DNA from: Candidatus Bathyarchaeia archaeon
GTDB lineage: Archaea; Thermoproteota; Bathyarchaeia; Bathyarchaeales; Bathycorpusculaceae
Reading direction: 5' to 3'
Length of the DNA stretch: 64,000 bases
Assembly (NCBI GenBank): GCA_050012755.1
Contig: JBEKGO010000002.1
Span: 32,001-96,000, forward strand
The stretch's first letter is position 1. Every line of letters begins with the position of its first letter. A program made the translations under genes and the position numbers. Below the pieces are notes generated by a model, which saw only the letters and a program-made list of their open reading frames with translations, was not told where the DNA came from and ran no database searches. Below are positions 58,465 to 64,000 of this stretch, in pieces.

Positions 58465-59745
58465 CTAGGTTTTTCTTTCACTTATTTCACAATGTTGTTT
58501 TAAAAGCGCCACGGAATTAGCGGGTAAATCTCGCTCAACCATAAAGTTTGGTCCCACCCAACTATTGACACCTACCTTAACGCCAGGCAAAAACAACGAC
58601 TTAATCCCCGTTTTCACGTTATCACCTAACACTGCGCCAAGTTTTCTTCTACCTGTGTTAACCAACTGGTCTTTCACCACCATTTTGATTGATCCGGCGT
58701 CTAAACGGTAATTAGCCATAACTGTCCCTGCGCCTAAATTGCAGTGCTCACCAAGAATGCTGTCGCCAACATAAGATAAGTGTCCAACATGAGTCCTCTC
58801 CATAATTATGCTATTTTTGACTTCACAAGCGTTGCCGACACGAACATTTTTCCCTAAACTTGTTCCTGGACGAATGTAACAGTTTGGTCCTATGTCACAT
58901 TCTTCATCGATAAAGCAGGGTCCTTCAATATATGCGCCTGAACGAACACGCGCTGATTCTGCAACTGAGACTGGACCGATTAGGTGAGCACCTTGTTCAA
59001 TTGTCCCTAAAACTTGGAAATCCATGCGTCTGAGCGCCCAATTGTTAGCGTCAAGCAAATCCCAAGGTCTGCCTACGTCAAACCAGTCGTCTTTTGAGAG
59101 TTCGGCAGCTAAAACTGTTTTGTCCTCGCTTGCAAGCATTGTCAATGCGTCAGTGAGCTCCGTTTCACCACGGATTGAGTTTTTTGTTTGTTTTATTTGG
59201 CTAAAAATCTCTTGAGAGAGAATGTAGACTCCAGCGTTAGCTAAGTTTGAGGGCGCTTTTCCCGCGGCAGGTTTCTCAACTATGCGCTTAACCTTTTTCT
59301 TGTCGTTAAATTCAATTATGCCGTAGTTTTCAGGTTTATCGACAGGCACAACACCTACGACCGCAGAGGTTTTCCCCGGCTCATAGGACTGCAAAACTTT
59401 GTTAACAGTATCTGAACCAAACAATAAGTCACCATAGATGAGAACAAAATCGCCATCCACATAAGATTCGGATACTGCTGTGGCGTTCCCCGTACCCAGA
59501 ATCTTTTCCTGTTCAGCATAACTGATTTGTAAGCCAAGTGTTTCACCATCCCCGAAGCACTGGCGAATTGCATCACCCATGTAATGAGTAACAATTAATA
59601 CTTCTGTTAATCCAGCTTTCTTCACGGCTTCCAAGCAAAACTGCAAAATTGGTTTTCCACCGACCTTGATCAAATGTTTAGGCCGCGTTGCTGTTATCGG
59701 CAAGAGCCTGACGCCTTCGCCAGCCGCAAGTAAAACTGCTTTCAT
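58465..59745 (-). CDS. glmU: Bifunctional sugar-1-phosphate nucleotidylyltransferase/acetyltransferase
   Basis: LAAGEGVRL, RPKHL, hexapeptide repeats, HLSYVGDS. Confidence 0.9.
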   Translation of the reverse strand: MKAVLLAAGEGVRLLPITATRPKHLIKVGGKPILQFCLEAVKKAGLTEVLIVTHYMGDAIRQCFGDGETLGLQISYAEQEKILGTGNATAVSESYVDGDFVLIYGDLLFGSDTVNKVLQSYEPGKTSAVVGVVPVDKPENYGIIEFNDKKKVKRIVEKPAAGKAPSNLANAGVYILSQEIFSQIKQTKNSIRGETELTDALTMLASEDKTVLAAELSKDDWFDVGRPWDLLDANNWALRRMDFQVLGTIEQGAHLIGPVSVAESARVRSGAYIEGPCFIDEECDIGPNCYIRPGTSLGKNVRVGNACEVKNSIIMERTHVGHLSYVGDSILGEHCNLGAGTVMANYRLDAGSIKMVVKDQLVNTGRRKLGAVLGDNVKTGIKSLFLPGVKVGVNSWVGPNFMVERDLPANSVALLKQHCEISERKT

Positions 59746-61118
59746 TTCGTTTCAGCCTCAACTTGTTTCTTTATTACTGCATTGACCTTTTGAGTTATAT
59801 CATTTGCCACTGCTAACGTTTCTCCCTCAACAGTTAAACGGATTAAAGGTTCAGTTCCAGAAGCACGAATAAGCAACCAACCCTCCCTTAACGCCAATCT
59901 AATGCCATCAACTGTTGAGAAGTCAAGGTAACTCGGAAAAGCAGTTTTTACCGCGCTGCCAACCTTTTCAACGATTTTATATTTTGATTCATTTTTGCAA
60001 ACGATGTTTTCGCGTTGTGTAACGTACTCTGGAACCTCAGAAATAAATTGACTCAAGTTCTTGTTTTCTTTTTCGAGCGCCATCAACATAAGTGCCGCAG
60101 AAAGGGGTCCGTCTGGGCAAAAGTGATGTTTTGGATGCACCCATGCGCCACATGGTTCGCCTCCGAAAACTGCGCTCGATTCTTTTACAGCTTCCGATAC
60201 ATAAATGTCGCCGACCTTAGTACGGATAACCCTGCCACCTTGCGCTTGTGCCATAGTTTCAACACACATCGATGCTTCAACATTTGTTACGACAGTCCCG
60301 CCGTTATTTCCCTTCAGTGCATAGGCAGAATAAGCAGCTAACGAACGGTCAAAGTTAACAAAAACACCTTTCTCATCAACAAATGCCACTCGGTCACCGT
60401 CTCCGTCAAAAGCAATGCCCAAGTCAGCACCAAGCACCTTGACAACGTTTGCCAAGTCTTGAAGAGATTCAACGGTCGGCTCAGATTTTCGCGCTGGGAA
60501 ATAGCCATCTGGTTGAGCGTTTAAAGTAGTGACCTTGGAGCCCAATGCTTTGAGCATAGCTGGGGCAACGCTGTAAGTAGCCCCGCATCCTGGGTCGACC
60601 ACCACTCGCCACTGCTTTTTGAGTGAGACAGCTTTCATGGCCATATCCAAATAAATTTGTGCAGCGTCAACTGGAGTGCTTTTGCCGAGACTACGCCAAT
60701 TAGCCAATTTAAAAGTCTCTTTTGCAACGATTTTTTCTATGGCATCTTGGTCTTCGTCAGTGTAGGATAAGGTGTCGCTTCTGAACACTTTTATTCCGTT
60801 GTATTGCGGAGGATTATGTGAAGCTGTAAGCATGAAACCAACATCAGCGCCAAAAGCTTTCACGGCATAAGCCAAAGTTGGAGTGGGAACAATTCCTGTT
60901 AAAAGAACGTTTGCGCCAGTCGACAGCAAAGCGGAAACCAAAGCATCTTGAAGCATAGGTCCTGAAACTCTTGTATCAGATGCTACAAGTGCCAATTTGG
61001 CGTTTGCATGCGTAGCCACTGCTAAACCAACTTTGCAGGCAAGTTGCGGTGTTAAGTCAACATTTGCTAAGCCTCTTACGCCTGAGCTTCCAAATAGTTT
61101 AGCCATCTCAGTCACCAA
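59742..61118 (-). CDS. glmM: Phosphoglucosamine mutase / phosphohexomutase
   Basis: LFGSSGVRG, TASHNP, FDGDGDR, RASGTEP. Confidence 0.9.
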   Translation of the reverse strand: MVTEMAKLFGSSGVRGLANVDLTPQLACKVGLAVATHANAKLALVASDTRVSGPMLQDALVSALLSTGANVLLTGIVPTPTLAYAVKAFGADVGFMLTASHNPPQYNGIKVFRSDTLSYTDEDQDAIEKIVAKETFKLANWRSLGKSTPVDAAQIYLDMAMKAVSLKKQWRVVVDPGCGATYSVAPAMLKALGSKVTTLNAQPDGYFPARKSEPTVESLQDLANVVKVLGADLGIAFDGDGDRVAFVDEKGVFVNFDRSLAAYSAYALKGNNGGTVVTNVEASMCVETMAQAQGGRVIRTKVGDIYVSEAVKESSAVFGGEPCGAWVHPKHHFCPDGPLSAALMLMALEKENKNLSQFISEVPEYVTQRENIVCKNESKYKIVEKVGSAVKTAFPSYLDFSTVDGIRLALREGWLLIRASGTEPLIRLTVEGETLAVANDITQKVNAVIKKQVEAETK

Positions 61119-61204
61119 TTAAGTATAATCGTTACTGCATGATAATGAAGGTGCTTAAAATAATTTAGTAGCTTTAATTTAGATGCAGGTCAATATTGAA
61201 ATAT

Positions 61205-61392
61205 GTCGATACTTATCGACTAATTTTGACTTTATTTGACTTTTCTCGACTTATTTCGACTTTTTTTGACTTATTTTAACTTATTTTGACTTTTCTTGAC
61301 TTTTTTTGACTCAACCTGCAAAAGATTCAAACTCTAAAACAAGAAAGCAACCTAAAACACAAAGAACAGAAAACTGCACAAAAATCTGTCAA
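61205..61392 (+). repeat. Dispersed element copy 5: ten 10-bp units plus conserved core
   Basis: ACTTATCGAC TAATTTTGAC TTTATTTGAC TTTTCTCGAC TTATTTCGAC TTTTTTTGAC TTATTTTAAC TTATTTTGAC TTTTCTTGAC TTTTTTTGAC then TCAACCTGCAAAAGATTCAAA...GAAAGCAACCTAAAACACAAAGAACAG. Confidence 0.88.
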
Positions 61393-61408
61393 TAGTTATT
61401 TCATTTCT

Positions 61409-62515
61409 CTAATTACTCAGGCAGCGTTTTTTAATAAATGTGGAGAGTTTGGTCCAATTTGGATGTTTACCTTCGGGGTCGGAGAGGTAGCATGCAGAAA
61501 CAGCGTTTGCAAACATTAAACGGCACTCATCAGACAAGCCATTTCTGTCGCCTAAGATGTTTCCTGCATCCCAAGCATCACCTGCTCCAGTTGCCCGCAA
61601 AACTTTAACCTTGAAAGAAGGCACCATAACCTCTGTTTTACTTCTTAAGCTGGCAGAAAAAGCTGTCGTGTGCAAATCAATTCGGGCCGTCAGATTTCTC
61701 GCTAAAATTCGGGCAGCTTCCATTGCAAATTCGGCAAACTCCAGACCCATTTTTTTATCATTAAGGCTACTGTCAATTAACGAAGCGTAAACTATTGCTT
61801 CATTCTCGTTTAGGCTTAAAATATCCACTTTGTTGGATTTCAAGACAGTTTCCATCAACTCTGCGACTTTGCCGATGTTAGGCGTAGGGTCTGCTGTATC
61901 ATAGTAAGTTTTACCTTTGCCTTTCGTCTTAGCTCTGTCGAAAACCGTTTGCGCCAAAGCTGTTCCAAAATTTAAGGTTCCCGCCCAGTTAAAAACGCAG
62001 GTGTAATCGGCAGAACCAATCAATGCATAATCAGAGTCATCAAGATCGTTAGGTCCAAAACTCTTTAAGGAGCCTACATCGCGGAGCATGACGTTGCTTT
62101 TTTCATTTCTGTTTTTGAACTCTAAAGCAGTGGTTATTGAAGCTTTTTCGCGAATTTTAATGTGCGAAGTATCTATGGGAACTTCTTTGAAGTAGCATTT
62201 TAGTTGTTGCAGTCCAGATTGGCTCGTGCAGACAATCGGAGTAACCTTCGCACCTAAATTGGCGAGAGCTGATGCTACATTAATCGCGTTTCCTCCCCTC
62301 AGATCAGTTTGGGGGATGCTGTCGATGCTGCCGCCTTTGCGTTTAGCTACGTCCCTGATTAAGTGTGAAAACTCTGTAAAGTTCCAGTTCAAGTTTATGA
62401 GGCGATCAAGAAAGAAATCAGGTAAAACAACGACTTTGCAGTCTTTAGGATTATTAAGTAAAAAATCTTTGAGTTCTTTTTTCCATGCCACAGTGTTTAA
62501 CAGAAGAACCCCCAA
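61409..62515 (-). CDS. PfkB family carbohydrate kinase
   Basis: GGNAINVA, NENEA, ATGAGDAW. Confidence 0.9.
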   Translation of the reverse strand: MGVLLLNTVAWKKELKDFLLNNPKDCKVVVLPDFFLDRLINLNWNFTEFSHLIRDVAKRKGGSIDSIPQTDLRGGNAINVASALANLGAKVTPIVCTSQSGLQQLKCYFKEVPIDTSHIKIREKASITTALEFKNRNEKSNVMLRDVGSLKSFGPNDLDDSDYALIGSADYTCVFNWAGTLNFGTALAQTVFDRAKTKGKGKTYYDTADPTPNIGKVAELMETVLKSNKVDILSLNENEAIVYASLIDSSLNDKKMGLEFAEFAMEAARILARNLTARIDLHTTAFSASLRSKTEVMVPSFKVKVLRATGAGDAWDAGNILGDRNGLSDECRLMFANAVSACYLSDPEGKHPNWTKLSTFIKKRCLSN

Positions 62516-62594
62516 GGCTTTATTTCCGCAAAGCTAAAATAACCTTTTGATTTTAAGTGGGTAAAGGGACACGGATCGGGGAGTAAGGGAGAGA

Positions 62595-62813
62595 ATGAAC
62601 TTTAAGGCAGAAGTTTGTCAATTAGCATTTGCAATTACGTTGTTTATGGTGAGCGCTTTCTTCTTTTCATATCAAAGTGGCAATGCAAGTTATCTAACCT
62701 TGGCTTCCTACCCATATCGAGGGTACGCGCTTGCATTTGTCGGTTTTGGCTCACTTCTTATGGTAACTGCGTCGCTTTCTTATACAAAACGCAGCAAAAC
62801 GTCCTTTAGATAA
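62595..62813 (+). CDS. Small two-TM membrane protein
   Basis: GGGAG SD, two hydrophobic segments. Confidence 0.6.
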   Translation: MNFKAEVCQLAFAITLFMVSAFFFSYQSGNASYLTLASYPYRGYALAFVGFGSLLMVTASLSYTKRSKTSFR

Positions 62814-63083
62814 TTTTGTTTCTCGTAACTATTTAGCTGTCTTCTCTCTTACTGAAGATCTGGTTTTGGATTGGGCTTCATTATTCGCGTTGTACATTTT
62901 AGTGTACCCAATGTTGCAAGTGGCACCTTTTACCTGTTTTTTCAATGTTTTCAACATATGTCAACATAGTTTCGGTTGCCGGGGTTACTACCATAGTCTA
63001 AACTAAGTGAGATACAAACCTGCTCTCAATCAAAACCTATTTTCAACTCAAAAACATTCAAGTGCTAAACATGCACAAATTTT

Positions 63084-63899
63084 TTACCTGACGATAGCTC
63101 TGACAAGCAACCAGACCACGTCGCCAAATAGTAAAGCAACAATTAAGCCTAAAGTTATGAATATTAACATGGGCAAACCAGGTGTTGCCCAAACAAAATT
63201 ATCGATTTTTCCCGCCTTCACAACGTTTGATAATCGTTCGACAATTTCATCCCTTCCCTCATCACGTGGAACAACGACCAACTTTCTTTCCAACCCATTC
63301 TCGCTGTCTTTGACATCTTCCATAGGGAAGACATGCCATTTTGCTTGAAGCTTAGCAACTGTGACTTTGTATCCAGTTATCACAACAAGTGTTTTCTTCC
63401 AGACTGATTCATCTGCAAGTGTTCCAGTAAACATTTTTTTGCAATTTTTTTTATGCCAAACAACATTGTGCAAGATCATGTAGACGCCGCTAGCTGCCGC
63501 AAATAAGACACCGTTGCTAAAAATGGTAAATGGAAATATAACGTGGGAGATCGGCGATAAGCCACCATTTAAGAGAGGCAGGGACAGGATTACTGGAGCA
63601 AAGGGCAAGGCAACGGCAATGCACATTAACGCTTTAGAATCAGCACCGCCAAATCCGCCAGAATAAAACAATAAAAATGCAAGCCCGACGGTTACGCCTA
63701 CGCTAACCCCGAAAAGAGGCAACTTCGAGGAATCAAAAAGCAGTAATTCTGAGAGCGAAAGTGCAAGTGCAATAGGTGCATAAATTACCCATACCTTATT
63801 GCTTACTTCGCGGACTTCACAGTCACGCCATGACGAATAGACCAAAAAAGCTAAGGTCACTGCCACACTTGCCGCGACAAAGATTACTTCAAACGTCAA
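63084..63899 (-). CDS. A24 prepilin/preflagellin peptidase (FlaK/PibD-like)
   Basis: SWRD, GGADSKAL, VWATPGLP. Confidence 0.9.
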   Translation of the reverse strand: MTFEVIFVAASVAVTLAFLVYSSWRDCEVREVSNKVWVIYAPIALALSLSELLLFDSSKLPLFGVSVGVTVGLAFLLFYSGGFGGADSKALMCIAVALPFAPVILSLPLLNGGLSPISHVIFPFTIFSNGVLFAAASGVYMILHNVVWHKKNCKKMFTGTLADESVWKKTLVVITGYKVTVAKLQAKWHVFPMEDVKDSENGLERKLVVVPRDEGRDEIVERLSNVVKAGKIDNFVWATPGLPMLIFITLGLIVALLFGDVVWLLVRAIVR

Positions 63900-64000
63900 T
63901 ATTTAATCCCTGAACACTTCTATTTTCCTTTTCATGTTAAAACAATTTGCTTTTAATATTTATCACATATGGATGATAAATACTTATCAAAAATAAATAC

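Noticed and set aside
61205-61310. Arrays as CRISPR
   Set aside because: The period is 10 bp with no 25-40 bp repeat/spacer structure, and there are no cas genes in the window
445-63348. Numerous 60-170 aa ORFs antisense to or overlapping well-supported genes
   Set aside because: Shadow ORFs without motifs

Overview
Archaeal chromosomal window. Gene content (eL13, eL15, SmAP3-type Lsm, TgtA, Rpp30/Pop5, presenilin-like protease, frequent TTG starts) suggests a TACK archaeon, most likely Bathyarchaeia; this is an inference. Host genes: dnaJ 3' end, acs-satP, asnS, a redox cluster (CARDB surface protein, DsbD-like protein, NapH-like polyferredoxin, double-cubane-type reductase, BzdP/BzdQ-like ATPases, BzdM-like ferredoxin), purA, htrA, tgtA, an RNA-processing/ribosomal cluster, a Re-citrate-synthase-like gene, porGDAB, a radical SAM enzyme, tRNA-Asn, glmU/glmM and a prepilin peptidase. 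A ~15.5 kb integrative element (about 38.8-54.4 kb) has a tyrosine recombinase at each end, a D5/SF3 helicase, two regulatory switches, and PIN, HEPN and RING-like cargo. The most unusual signals are non-coding. (1) A dispersed intergenic family has a conserved ~75-bp core in 5 copies; in 4 of them the core directly abuts a locus-specific tandem array with an AC dinucleotide every ~10 bp. (2) A ~160-nt rod-shaped candidate ncRNA carries a CU-rich apical loop. (3) Two genes appear to start at ACG. All calls come from manual reading; no database searches were run.
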